From: Macrostomum hystrix
Taxonomy: Eukaryota > Animalia > Platyhelminthes
DNA length: 64,000 bases
Assembly: GCA_950097015.1 (NCBI GenBank)
Contig: CATNEN010000002.1
Location: forward strand, 1,736,001-1,800,000
Direction: 5' to 3'
A program made the translations under genes and the position numbers. Positions within the stretch are counted from its first letter, which is position 1. Each line of letters starts with the position of its first letter. The notes below the pieces were generated by a model, which did no database searches, had not been told where the DNA came from, and worked only from the letters and a program-made list of their open reading frames with translations. Positions 12,475-25,306 of this stretch are shown one piece after another.

Positions 12475-13869
12475 TTAAGCGAAACCAGACCTGAGAGATC
12501 TATCAAATTCTTCAGCCGTGAATGTGCCTTCGATTCGTTCACAATTGGGATTGAACACCGAGTAGGCACTGGGACCCGTACGCTGTCTAGCACCTGAGCG
12601 CATGCTGCTAATTAGCAGGTACAACAGGCCGAATGTGAAGAAGACGGCGCCCCATTCTAGGTAGACAAAGTACAGCCAGAGTAGAACGAACACGGCCAAG
12701 CGCACTGGCCAGCCCATGGCAACCAGGCGGTGGGCGCGCACTCGCTCGGGTAGCAACAGGTAGAGGCGGGTGCTCAAACGCGACCAACGGCTGGGAACTA
12801 GAGCGGACTGGAGGATGAGAATGAGGATTATTGAAGATTGCTGAAGGAAGAGTGAAGAAGCGGATAGGGATGAGGAGAGAGCGGGTAGAGATGAGGAGGG
12901 AGCGGGTAGAGATGAGGAGAGAGCGGGTAGAGATGAGGAGAGAGCGTATAGAAATGAGGAGAGAGCGGGTAGAGATGAGGAGAGAGCGGGTAGAGATGAG
13001 GAGGGAGCGGGTAGAGATGAGGAGAGAGCGGGTAGAGATGATGAGAGATCGGGTAGAGATGATGAGAGAGCGGGTAGAGATGAGGAGAGAGCGGGTAGAG
13101 ATGAGGAGAGAGCGGGTAGAGATGAGGAGAGATCGGGTAGAGATGAGGAGGGAGCGGGTAGAGATGAGGAGAGAGCGGGTAGAGATGAGGAGAGAGCGGG
13201 TAGAGATGAGGAGAGATCGGGTAGAGATGAGGAGGGAGCGGGTAGAGATGATGAGAGAGCGGGTAGAGATGAGGAGAGATCGGGTAGAGATGAGGAGGGA
13301 GCGGGTAGAAATGAGGAGAGAGCGGGTAGAGATGAGGAGAGATCGGGTAGAGATGAGGAGAGATCGGGTAGAGATGAGGAGGGAGCGGGTAGAGATGAGG
13401 AGAGAGCGGGTAGAGATGAGGAGAGAGCGGGTAGAGATGAGGAGAGAGCGGGTAGAGATGATGAGAGAGCGGATAGGGATGAGGAGAGAGCGGGTAGAGA
13501 TGAGGAGGGAGCGGGTAGAGATGAGGAGAGAGCGGGTAGAGATGAGGAGAGAGCGGGTAGAGATGATGAGAGAGCGGATACGGATGAGGAGAGAGCGGAT
13601 AGGGATGGGGAGAGAGCGGATAGGGGTTATATATTGACAAGGTTATGAGAATAAGACTCATAATTTGATAAAGGAAAATGAGTTTAAATTATTAAGGACA
13701 GAGGCCTGACCTCGTCTAAAGTGCGGGCCATGCTGCTGCTGCTGCCGTTGCTGGTGGCGGTGGAGCTGCCAAACGGGTTGGCAACAAAGCCGGCCAGAAG
13801 CTGCCGTTTTCTCTCGGCCTCCTTTTTGGCGCGGTAATCCCTCAGCTGCTCTTGAACGCTGGTCTGCAT
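12475..13869 (-). CDS. SAYSD1: SAYSvFN domain-containing protein 1
   Basis: Exons 13869-13711 (MQTSVQEQLRDYRAKK, like the MEQRLAEFRA N-terminus) and 12807-12475 (TM hairpin plus SAYSVFNPNCERIEGT). Phase-0 GT-AG intron; about 163 aa. Confidence 0.9.
12857..13625. repeat. 21-bp purine-rich minisatellite (gagatgaggagagagcgggta) filling the SAYSD1 intron
   Basis: Tandem units seen directly; they explain the spurious MRRERVE and PHLYPLS ORFs. Confidence 0.95.
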
Positions 13870-14129
13870 TTCGGGTCCAGTCGAATGAAATCCCTGCGGC
13901 TGATGATAGAAGTGCGGCCTGCGCTTTCTCTGCTGCTTTTTCTTGCCCTTCGAGCTGCTGCTTTTTTCGGAAGATTTTTTTACAAAATGTTCGCCTGTCT
14001 CGTCTTGATAAGCTACAGTGTCCAGGACACTGCGGGATGGCTTCTTCTTGCGACTAATAACTGATGATGGATGCTGCGATCTGGCAAAAATTAATAAAAG
14101 TGGAATCTTCTTTTTTGAAAAATGCTAAA

Positions 14130-14565
14130 CTACCTGAGAAACTGCCGCGCTACCTGGGAAACTGCCGAACTACCTGGGAAACTGCTAAACTAACTGGGAA
14201 TCTACCGAATTACCTGGAAAACTACTAAACTAACTGGGAAACTACTAAACTACCTGGAAAGCTGCCGAACTATCTGGGAAACTGCGGAACTACCTGGGAA
14301 ACTGCTTAACTACCTGGGAAACTGCTTAACTACCTGGGAAACTGCCAAGCTACCAGGGAATTGCCAAACTACCAGGGAAACTGCCGAACTACCTGGGACC
14401 TGCTAAACTAACTGGGAATCTACCGAATTACCTGGAAAACTACTAAACTACCTGGGAAACTACTAAACTACCAGGAAAGCTGCCGAATTTTCTGGGAAAC
14501 TGCCGAACTACCAGTAAAACTGCTAAACTACCTGGGAAACTGCTAAACTACCTGGGAAGCTGCCC
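14130..14565. repeat. 20-bp minisatellite (aactacctgggaaactgcta)
   Basis: Period of 20 visible at 14281-14340. Confidence 0.9.
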
Positions 14566-15389
14566 AAATTGAAAATATACCGAATTTTCTGGGTAATCTA
14601 CCGAATCGCCTGGAAATCTTTCTTATCACCTAGAATTTTCTCTTAGAGAGATTTTTGATAATTCTGACATATAGTAAATTGATAAAAATATAAGAAAATA
14701 ATACTAGCATATTAGACTAGACGAGACAGACAAACAGTTACACAAAAAACTGACATCACCAGTCTGGAACAATATCTTTTACGGGTCTATTTTTGCTTTT
14801 TTGCTTTTTTTCAGCACTTTTTACACACACGCACAAGCTAACACTTGATACATAAATGCAAATAGAACTGTTTATTCAATAGGAGATTAGAGAATAGGCT
14901 GCAATGATTGGGACACGAGAAATCTTATTAAATAAACAAACAAAAATACTAATTCAAGCAATAGAATACGTGATGGTTCCTTAAAAAAAGTTGCAGCTTT
15001 GAAAAAAAGTTCTTAATTGCAAAAAAATGTCTGAGAATTGTTTGCTAAGCCTTAGTTTTCCATTTTTTATTTTGTCTAAAGAAATATTTAGACATAAAAT
15101 ACATAAAATAGATTTCGCAGTACAAACTTGTTAGTTAGGAGAAAAAAATGAAAGTTTCTTGAACAGCAAAAAAATCATGCCTTGAAAGCGAACACGTGAT
15201 AGTAGCAAGAAATGGGTTTACAAACATATTTAATGAATGCTGTGGTTTACATTGACGCCATAAAAGTACATTTTTTAAACATAACATTTAAATATATAAA
15301 GTAACTAGTTTGGTTGGGAAAATGTGATGTAACATAATAACACAACGCAAACTGTTATGTACGCCAAAGAAGATTCACTGCAGCTTTGA

Positions 15390-16285
15390 CTGTACATTTA
15401 GGGTAAGGGTTTGACTGGCTGGGGAGCCAGGATGAGTGTACGTTTGGGCGGAAGGTATGACTGGCTGGGCGGTCAGAATGAGAGTAAACTTGGGGGTAGG
15501 GATTGGACTGGCTGGGGAGCCAGGATGAGTGTACATTTGGGGGTAGGGATTGGACTGGCTGGGGAGCCAGGATGAGTGTACATTTGGGGGTAGGGATTGG
15601 ACTGGCTGGGGAGCCAGAATGGGTGTACATTTGAGGGTAAGGGTTTGAATGGCTGGGCGGTCAGAATGAGTGTACATTTGTGGGTAGGGATTGGACTGGC
15701 TGAGGAGCCAGAATGAGAGTACATTTGGGGGTAGGGATTGGACTGGCTGGGCGGTCAGAATGAGAGTAAATTTGGGGGTAGGGATTGGACTGGCTGGGGA
15801 GCCAGGATGAGTGTACATTTGGGGGTAGGGATTGGACTGGCTGAGGAGCCAGAATGCGAGTACATTTGGGGGTAGGGATTGGACCGGCTGGGGAGCCAGG
15901 ATGAGTGTACATTTGGGGGTAGGGATTGGACTGGCTGGGGAGCCAGAATGGGTGTACATTTGAGGGTAAGGGTTTGAATGGCTGGGCGGTCAGAATGAGT
16001 GTACATTTGTGGGTAGGGATTGGACTGGCTGAGGAGCCAGAATGAGAGTACATTTGGGGGTAGGGATTGGACTGGCTGGGCGGTCAGAATGAGAGTAAAT
16101 TTGGGGGTAGGGATTGGACTGGCTGGGGAGCCAGGATGAGTGTACATTTGGGGGTAGGGATTGGACTGGCTGAGGAGCCAGAATGAGAGTACATTTGGGG
16201 GTAGGGATTGGACCGGCTGGGGAGCCAGGATGAGTGTACATTTGGGGGTAGGGATTGGACTGGCTGGGGAGCCAGGACGAGTGAA
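15390..16285. repeat. 47-bp G-rich minisatellite with variant units
   Basis: Unit gggggtagggattggactggctggggagccaggatgagtgtacattt repeated about 19 times. Confidence 0.95.
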
Positions 16286-17168
16286 TATTTAAAGGTAGTG
16301 GGGCCTGTGTAAATTGACAGATTGAATGACTTTGTAAAGATAAGTAAACAAAAAACACTTCTGTCGCCACAAGAACAAAAAATAAAAGCAGAAAACAATT
16401 AAAATATTTTCCATAATTGGCTGAACCAAACAAAAAGAAACAAATACACAAACTGAAATTGAGCACAAAATTGTACATAAGTGTTCGAAAAAAGTCATAC
16501 TAAACATTTTAACCCAATTCGAAAATTTTAACAGATATTGCTGCAAAAAACACTTTTATACGGATATAGTTTGATATGTGGATGACAAAAGGTGTATAAA
16601 TAAATTTGCATGCACAGAAAAACTTTACATAATAACAGTTCATGACATGATAACTACACATTGGCGTAGACGAGAAAAAGTGACAAATTCGTTGTTATAG
16701 CTCGTACTTTGTTATAAAATCTACATACTCGTAAAAGCAGTTTAAACAGTCAGTCAAAATTCACAATTCGGTCATGGCTAAGTGAGCTAAAGAATGAGCA
16801 ATGGCAATTAGGAAATATAAGAAGCATATAAAAGAGTGCACACAACATAGCATGGGTAAACTAGCTGCAAATCGCTTTTCCATCTAGCTGTTTGCTCCAT
16901 TTTAGCTTGACAAAAAACCGCTGGACTAGTAACAGGACAGTATGGGACAAGCACAACACGAAGAGATAGGAAATGTATCGGAAAGGGATAATTGTTAAAT
17001 GGATCGATGGTTCGTAAATCAATCAATACTGACAACAAACCGATTGACTATAAATGAAAATCTACATGCGACCAGTATAATAAAATACAATAATTATAAA
17101 GGTGGCCTATAGATAAGCAAAACAAATGATAACCAATCGATAATTTATCATTAATATAAGCGATAATT

Positions 17169-17588
17169 CCCTGTAAAAAAATTCGGCTGCTTCTTCGGCT
17201 GGTTTTTTGTGCAAAATAGGAGTGGAATCTACCAAAATCCCCCCTATCTCGCAAGAGTTAAAGAAACCACCCAGAAAGCAGCCGATGTAACCGTAAATTG
17301 TGCGGAAACCGCCGAAGAATCACCCGAACCAGTGGCCCATGGGACAACCATAGAATTATTTACGGGCGATTCCTCGGCGGTTTCTGAGCATGGAATCTTC
17401 CGAACTGAAGGATTCTTTGGGTGATTCCATTTCGCCACCAAGAAGCACCGAGAAAACGCCCAGTTAGGTAGATTCTAAGCATGGAATCATCCGATTGGTA
17501 TGTTTCCAGCGTTCGGCTGTTTCTTTTTCTGGAAACACCGCAGATTCCAACTGGAATCACCCAAAGAAACATCCCTATTTTTAGCGGG
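17169..17588. mobile_element. MITE-like element with short TIRs and internal inverted repeats
   Basis: Ends CCCTGTAAAAA and TTTTTAGCGGG. Internal hairpin gaaaccgccgaagaatcacccg / cgggcgattcctcggcggtttc, plus agaaagcagccga / tcggctgtttct. Confidence 0.5.
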
Positions 17589-17604
17589 TTTGGACCGAAC
17601 TAAA

Positions 17605-17975
17605 AAATCGATAAACAATTGATTCTATTAATATTGAATTTATCGATTGATAGATTATCGATTAAGTCGATCGTGTTTTTTACAATCGAATTTGTCAATC
17701 GGTAAAAAATCGATAAATCGATCGATTAAAAAAATCGATAAATCGATCGATTAAAAAAAATCGATAAATCGATCGATTTAATAAACATCAATTTTTTTGA
17801 TTTGATCGATATAAATATAATCGACTACGAATAAAAACTGATCTATCATTAACAGTAGAAGGACCAAGGTGGTTATTAGAAATACTCAAAATATTGAACC
17901 AATCGCCACGAAAATCGTGGTCTCGCTACCGTTCATAAAATCGATAAATCATACAAAAATCGATATCGATATTAG
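17605..17975. repeat. ATCGAT-rich palindromic cluster
   Basis: Dense ATCGAT motifs, including a triple aaaaaatcgataaatcgatcgatt unit. Confidence 0.7.
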
Positions 17976-18198
17976 AACTGAAAGGACAAAGAATAAGTTT
18001 CATTGCATAGAGGTCGAAGCAGACGGTGACGGATGGCCTGAGAGGCTCGCCCCATTGTCCGTATCCGGGTGAACACCGCCACCGGTCAGGTAGGTCTCGG
18101 TCACCGCGTCTGACGAGCCTGCCTGGCTCCGGTAAGCAAAGGGTGACACCTGAGGAATGGATGGCGTGAATTGGCTTAAAATCTATTTAGAAATTAAA

Positions 18199-18804
18199 TT
18201 ACTCCAATGAGTTCAAATGACTGACTAAGGAAGCCATGTGACGCAGGCTATCATCCATTGAGGCTGAGGTGGGTGCGGCAGCGGCGGCTGCTGCTGCTGC
18301 CTTTGAAGTAGTTGCTGCAGATACAGCCGTGACTCGCTGCTGCTGCTGCTGGCTATGCTGTTGATGGGAGATCTCATCGGGCCGTTGCAGCCGTTTAACG
18401 GTGTTCTTCAGTGCCTGACGCTTGTTGCAGAACCATACACGAATCACTTCACGCTCGTAGCGGAGGGATCTGGTGGAAATTTCGGGATAAATTGCTAATT
18501 TAAATAGAAAAATGCAACTATGTTAAGGATTAGCAAAACATTAAAACAAATGCAATAATGGGATAAATCACTGATTCAAATGGGATAAGTTCTTAACTAT
18601 TATATCTAGTAATTTCAGCGTAAAAAGTTAAAATCACAGTCACAGACTCACTTGGCTAACTCGGTCATCTGCGCCCCAGTGGGGTGAGTATTGTGCTCAA
18701 AGTATTCGTTGAGTATCTCAAGAGCGGTCGGTGTGAATGAAGTCCTGCGTTTTCGCATCTTTTTGGCGGCCTCGGCCGCGCTGAGACCGTCAAAGGAGCC
18801 AAAG

Positions 18805-18839
<35 letters not shown>

Positions 18840-20567
18840 ATGCTGCTGCTGCTGATCCTCGGCCGTTAATCCGCTTAATCCGCCCAGTAATCCGCCAAGA
18901 CCGCCGCTGCCAGCTAGCCTGAATTTTTCCTCGGCTTCTGCAATCCAAGCTTCCAGGACTGGTTTAATTTTGGCTGCGGATTTCGGAGTAATGTCCAGCT
19001 TCTCAAAGCGACAGATGGCGCTCTGACTGTAGGCCGGGCCCTTGGCCACAGACAGCGATGTCCCAACCTGCGGAGACCAAATGCAATGGCGCAGCGGTCA
19101 TTAACTTGGGGCAGCCCCAAGAAAATAACTGTCAAGGCAGCAAGTAGCAAACTTACACAAACCGACTACAGTGTACCGCGTCATAATTTCTCAGCATAAT
19201 TTAACAGTTCAGCACTTCACACGCCAGCTAGTAACATTGTGTGCCAAAAATAAGCTACTTAAAGACATGTATATTATGTTAATGGGTTACACTAAAATTC
19301 AAAGTAACTTCTCGTCTTCACTATTACTCTACTCTACTCTACTATCCTCTCTACTCTCCTCAGCTCTACCCTTCTCTCCTCTCTGCTCTCCTCTCCACGA
19401 CTCTTCTCTCCTCACTACTCTACTCAGCTCTACTCTCCTCTTCTCTCTTCTCTTCTGGTTTCACTTTATAAGAACTCCATATTGTTCCCCTTTTTGTTTT
19501 CTATTTCCTAAAACTAATTGTCCTTCAAAAACAATTCAAATATGATAATTTTAGGACTTTAGAATTTTAAGAGATTCGAACTCCGGACCTTTGAGTCAAA
19601 CCACGGGGCTACAAGACCTAGCTGCCAGGCAACTAACCTGAGTCTGCGTGAGGCCGAGACTAAGTCGGCGCAATTTGAACTGCTTGGCAAACTCGCGAAT
19701 GTCCTCAAGGTCGACACCGTCGACCACGTTGGAGTCCGTGATCTGGTTGACCGTGTGCTTGTTCAGCTCGTCATCTCCTTCGCCAAAGAAGGTGCCGGCT
19801 TTGGCGGCGGCGCCTGGCGCATCCTCGTCCATCGGATGCCGGTCTATCGACATCTCGTTGTCCATATCTTCGTCGGCTTCTGCGGCACCACAGTCGTCGC
19901 TGTTAGTCGACGGATTGTCGGCGACGAAATTGCACACAGCAGTAGCCGCAGTGGTCGCCGTAGTCGACTGCTCAGCTGGAGATGAAGACGATGCATCATC
20001 GCCGTGGCAGCAGCCGCCACTGTTGGCTGCGCAAGCTGCGGCGGCCGCTGCAGCGGCGGCGGCTGCCACAGCGGCGGCGGCGGAGGTACGCGGCACGCTG
20101 ATGATGTTGGCTAGGATTAGCTGGCCAGTTGAGGTGGCAATCACGGGAATCTGGTCGCTGCCAGGCAGCGTTGCCAGCGAAGCCGGAATGGTCATGAGCT
20201 GAACTCCTGGCGGCGGCGGGGTCAGCAGGAACTGCTGGCTGCCGAGCATGAACGGCGTCGGCGCCGGCTGATGAGCCACGGCAGCTGCGGCAGCAGCAGC
20301 AGCCAGATAAGACGATGAGACGCGCTGATGCGGGGAAGATGTGCCCACGCTCTGGCCTTGATCAGGATCCCAGTCGTCGGCATGCTGCTGCTGCCGCTGC
20401 CTTTCCTGATCGCTAAGTTTCTCAGCTTTTTGCTGCTGCTGCTGCTGATGCTGGCTGACGCCAAAGATAAATGATGCGGACTGACCGTTCAGCATGATGT
20501 TGGCGTCCGCAGGCGTCGACAATTTCGGCGACTCTGCTGACGTCGGCGCTACTGCGTCATGCGGCTG
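18199..20567 (-). CDS. POU6F2: POU class VI homeobox transcription factor (POU6F2/RPF-1-like); 5' exon not located
   Basis: Exons 20567-19638, 19067-18652 and 18469-18199. POU-specific DLEDIREFAKQFKLRRLSLGLTQTQVGTSL..GPAYSQSAICRFEKLDITPKSA and homeodomain RKRRTSFTPTALEILNEYFEHNTHPTG..REVIRVWFCNKRQALKN match class VI. Confidence 0.9.
19310..19460. repeat. CT-rich low-complexity tract in POU6 intron
   Basis: ctctact-like repeats. Confidence 0.8.
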
Positions 20568-20641
20568 CTGCGAATGCGAGATTTGGAGAACAAATAAACT
20601 TTCTATACATATCGGAAGCAAAACTGTTGACGCCACATTTA

Positions 20642-20644
<3 letters not shown>

Positions 20645-20684
<40 letters not shown>

Positions 20685-20965
20685 GTAGGAGGGCTGCAGG
20701 CCATGGCCTATAAGTTGGTGACACTAGACCGGCAGCCAGTAAGGAGGCAATTCCGCCCATTTCGCTGAGTCCTGAGCACACACGCACATAGATACTGTAC
20801 GCAGGCAGACACACACTCACTCAGGTGTGTACATCTGCCCTGACTTTCTCATCGTCAGGCAGTGCAAACTCTCAATGTGCCTAATTAACGTGGCCTCGCC
20901 GCGGAATCGAGCTCAGGAACCTTGGCGCGAGAGGCCAAAGCGTTAACCGCTCTGCCACCGACCCC
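20645..20965 (-). mobile_element. tRNA-derived SINE, family A, internally deleted, with (ATT)n tail
   Basis: Reverse complement carries the same A/B boxes and 3' body. An (AAT)n run lies at 20645-20682. It lacks the segment between gttaattagg and cacattgag relative to the other copies. Confidence 0.85.
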
Positions 20966-21629
20966 TCGGCACATACTGTATAGGTAAAAATGGAATTGCA
21001 CTTTGAAAAAGCGACACATAATGTAAAAATAGTCTATTTTTGTTATTCGCAACCCGATGGCACGGCATGAAGCAGACACACCAACACACAATCGATTTCT
21101 TCAGAAGCTTCTAGCCAAGCCCGAATCAAGCGAGGAAATTTTTAGCTACGCAATTCACTTCGAAAACACGAATTGCTCGATTATCCTAACAGCCTTTGGC
21201 CCAGAATTTCCCTACTAGAAGACAATCAGAACAGACGATTAGGAAAACTCCGGTAAAAACTATGAAAGGGAAAGACTCGTTACCAAACGAACCAGAAGAA
21301 ATCATTTTTAGGTTTTTTTCACCACCTGGTGTCGCACGCTTTCAGACAGGTGAAAATTGTGGAGTAATTGTGTAAACAAAATCACCCGCCTGAGGTAGTC
21401 AAAGAGAGAATCTTTTCAGAACCAGCAAACCAATTAAACTAATTGTTCTCTCCTTATTTGTTAAATGCTCGAGCAAAGCTAAAGCGAAAGAAACGACGGC
21501 AAAAAATAGATGATTTCTTAGAATTTTTTCATTCCAATGAAGTCCTGCATATTGAGGTCCGATTGCGAAAATATAATAGACCAATTTCACAAATTGGTCG
21601 TGAAGGGACGTGATGTTAAATTTTGGGAT

Positions 21630-21830
21630 GTGAAGTGTGAGATGTGAAGTTTGGGAATGTGAAGTTTGGGGATGTGAAGTTTGGGGATGTGAAGTTTGGG
21701 GATGTGAAGTTTGGGGATGTGAAGTTTGGGGATGTGAAGTTTGGGAATGTGAAGTTTGGGGATGTGAAGTTTGGGGATGTGAAGTTTGGGGATGTTAAGT
21801 TTGGGGATTTTAAGTTTGGGTATGTTAAAT
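21630..21830. repeat. 15-bp minisatellite (gatgtgaagtttggg), degenerating to ~22150
   Basis: Tandem units seen directly. Confidence 0.95.
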
Positions 21831-23894
21831 TTAGGGCACCCATTTAGGGATGGGAAATTTAGGGATAGGAAATTTTGAATTTAAATGTGAAATTTGGGAA
21901 AAATTGGCGGATGAAAAGTTTGGGGATGTTAAATTAACTCGGGGATGTGATTTATCGGGATTTTAGATTTGGGTATGTGAGTTTTAGAGATGTGAAAAAA
22001 TTCTGGGATTTGAGGTTTGGAGATGTTAAATTTTGAGATGTTTTACATTTTTAGACATGCGAAATTTGTGAAATATGGATTTTAGGGATGAAAAGTTTGG
22101 GGATGTGAAATTCGGGTGCCGTGAAGTTTGGGTCTTGTGAAGTTTCGGGATTGTGAAAGCACTCCTTTCACATTATCAGCAGAGAGGGTGCAAGAGGCTA
22201 AGAGACTGAGAGAGGTGATGAAAATTCAACCAATCTATCCCAGTATTCTAAGAGAATTATCATAGAACAATCTGAAAGAAAGATATATATTAAGAGTAGC
22301 TGCCAGAAATCAATAGTGAGTCCGTGCTAAATTATGAGTCAGGAAATGCTTTGGGGCTGGCTGGGCTAGGGTTGAGTAACGAGTACACTCACTAACTGCA
22401 TGATGCTAAGACAAAACCTAATTAGCTTCCTGGGCGACCATAATGAGAAGCTGCTCAATGGCTGTTATCTAGGAAAGAAGATGAGCAAAGAACATTTATT
22501 TCTGGCGACAAAGGAAAGATTCCTAATTATGCTTCGCTTTTCTTCAAAAAAATTCGCTTTTCTGTTTCTGTGTGATCTGCGATCCGGGACCCGTATCTAT
22601 AATGCTACTAGCTGTGCAACTAAACTCATTTTAATTGCTAATATGCCGGTTTCGAGGATTGAGGAAGGGGGTAGGATTAAGGACTAATTACGGACACGAG
22701 AGCTTGCAGAAAAACATCGATCGATAATCAGCGACAAGATAATACACAAGGGATTAAGGCTGTTCAAGGTGAGTTTCAGTTTCCGTTTTTTCATATATTT
22801 CCTGCAACTGAGATCCCATTACTAGAATGATGCAACTTTTTTCTGATACCCAGTTTAGACAACATAGAAAAAAGGACTCAATTAGTAAACGAAAACGTTC
22901 ACCAACCTGTTTACAATTTGTAAGTAGTGATCAGTCCTTTTATAGCTTTTTTCTGCCAAATAAGCGAGTGGAATAGCGAGTTGTACTTTAATGTTGGAGT
23001 TTATAGAAAGCCAGTTGCTCCTAGTCAGACAGTCGTGGTTCGCTTGTTAGCGCCTGTATTATTCGAACATTTTTTTCGCCCACTATAAGAAGCAGCCAGC
23101 TGGGACGAAGGAACAAGTGTGGGCGGGGGCGGGTGAGTGGAAGAAGCTTGATTGGTTCTGACGGCATTAGAATTATATAATCATGGTGCGGCAGGTTAGG
23201 AAAGCATTGCTAAGATGTGGGTGGATGATTGTTGGGCTGTTCTGAGCCTAAAATAAGAACACAGATGTAGTTTGCCGCACACTGGTGCAGAAATCTTACC
23301 AGAAAACGGCTCTGATTGGCTTGCACAGCTCGGGATCAGATAACTTGGCACTATTTCACATCTCTCCGCTTGTCTCTCATCCCTCCCCTGTCACCTGTCT
23401 CACTCTCTTCTATCTCATCCATTTTCTGTCTCATTTCTTCGCGGTCTCATCTCTCTTCTGTATTATCTCTTCACCGTCACATCGCTTTTGCATATCTCCC
23501 CGGTCTCATCTTTACTCTCATCCCTCACATGTCTCATATCTCTTCTGTCACGTCTCTTCACCGTCACAGCTCTTTTGTTTATTTACCACAGTCTAATCTC
23601 TTCCCTGGCCCTGTCTCATCTATTTTCAGCCTGCGGGGTATAAAATTGTGCCGACCCCTTGCTGAGCGAACTACAACAAACAATTAATATTTGTCTTCTT
23701 AAATAAAAACATAAATCGGATTCATTTTTGAGAATAACACAATATATATGAGGCAGTGAATAAATTAGGACACCTTTTTTCATTTTAAATTCCCGCCACT
23801 TTTTCTCACGCGCTAGCTAAATATCGTAATCTCACGCAGTGCTCTTTGTTCGTTACATTCGCACTCAAGCAGAACATGCACCCACCCCAATTTT

Positions 23895-23896
<2 letters not shown>

Positions 23897-23926
<30 letters not shown>
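23897..23926. repeat. (TA)n microsatellite
   Basis: Pure TA run. Confidence 0.95.
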
Positions 23927-23930
<4 letters not shown>

Positions 23931-23959
23931 GAAAAATATAAATGCGATCTTCAACCTCC

Positions 23960-24195
23960 CCTCGTTCCCCAATCATACCAACAACACTGGTTAAACCTAC
24001 ATAATACGTTCTCGACGAAATATAAGCGATTACACTTCCTAACCATTTCCCTGTTTCGCTATTAACTAGACCGAGTTCCTTAGTTATTTTCCTAATAAAA
24101 GGAAAACAGTTAAGATACCTTTGCCTTTCCAATCCTCTCCCGTCGGCCTTCTTTACCCAAATCCACCCTACTATATGATCCCTTTGAAATTCCAA
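23960..24195 (-). mobile_element. Possible decayed LINE reverse-transcriptase fragment
   Basis: IRKITKELGL...KWLGSVIAYISSRTYYVG loosely resembles the LL.KL...GI....WI.SYLSNRTQYV segment of CR1/Jockey-type RTs. Weak. Confidence 0.3.
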
Positions 24196-25306
24196 AATAT
24201 CGTCCTAAAATCCCGTCTAAAAATCCACCTGAAGTCTATCTGAAGTCCACCTAAAGTTATCTAAATACCCCACTGAAGTCCCAAAACTCCGCCTTTATCC
24301 CTCATGAGACTGTACTAATCCCGGACCCCATAGAGGAAAGTAAGTGAGAGTGCGAAGGACGTTCACCAGGCAACTTCAATCCATCCTGATACGCCCCACG
24401 GACTGTGTGCCCCAGATCAGTGACCTAAGCCCTCGTGACAGCAGCAGTAAATTCCGCTCCCATTGTTAGTAGCTAGTGTCTTGCCGCTCGGGCATTAGCG
24501 CTACCTTAGGTATAACACGAACAGCGTGGAAAATACCTATTCTCACCCTCATAACTTACGCTACCATCCCCCCAAATACTCAGCTCACCAATCCCAAATC
24601 CAACAAATAGAGAGAGAGCTGAGAGGTCTGCTACATATAGAAAGCGCACATTGTTGGTTAGCTGGTACTGTCCAGCTCAACTTGTACTATCATAATCTCT
24701 ATCAAGCGCGTACATATATAAATCTTGTACAACTAAGTAGGCGCTGGCAGATTAGTTAACTCACTAATCTAGTCCCCCCAAAAAGAAGCTCCGCCTCCTT
24801 CCATATTAAAAGGCCTACTAATTCCTTCCACTCAGGCAAAGTGGGCGGGGAACGAAAAAGCAGCACCGGCTGGATGTTTGATAAGGCGGGACAGGCGGGC
24901 CCGCTTAATTAGGGAGAGGGAGAGAGGGAGAGAGACAGAGAGGAAAGGGGAGGCGATGCACAACCAAGGAAAAGAAGAGCCCATACAATAATCAATTAAT
25001 TCTATTCCACTCTGCAAGTGTGATTCCCTCTATGAAGCATTCATTTTAACTTAAACAGATCTATAAGGCGTCTTAGATTCTGCATTGATGAATCTTCGAT
25101 TTGGATTGAGTTTGAAAGATCTTAGAAAAAAATAGTTTTTTCTTTTCAAATTTCAGCATTAACACAACTTTTGATGCACAAAAAGATATACTTGTGAGTA
25201 TATAGACTTTCACTCGAAAATAGATGAAGTAAGAATATAGGTCCAGAGTTCGAATCTTAGCCCTATCTACATCATTCAGCAAGACTGTTACATTGCTTTG
25301 TTTACA

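Noticed and set aside
11891-16478. Long repetitive ORFs (NLTETVL, MRRERVE, PHLYPLS, SQSNPYPQ) that look like mucins or adhesins
   Set aside because: They are translations of minisatellites open in several frames on both strands, and are intronic or intergenic.
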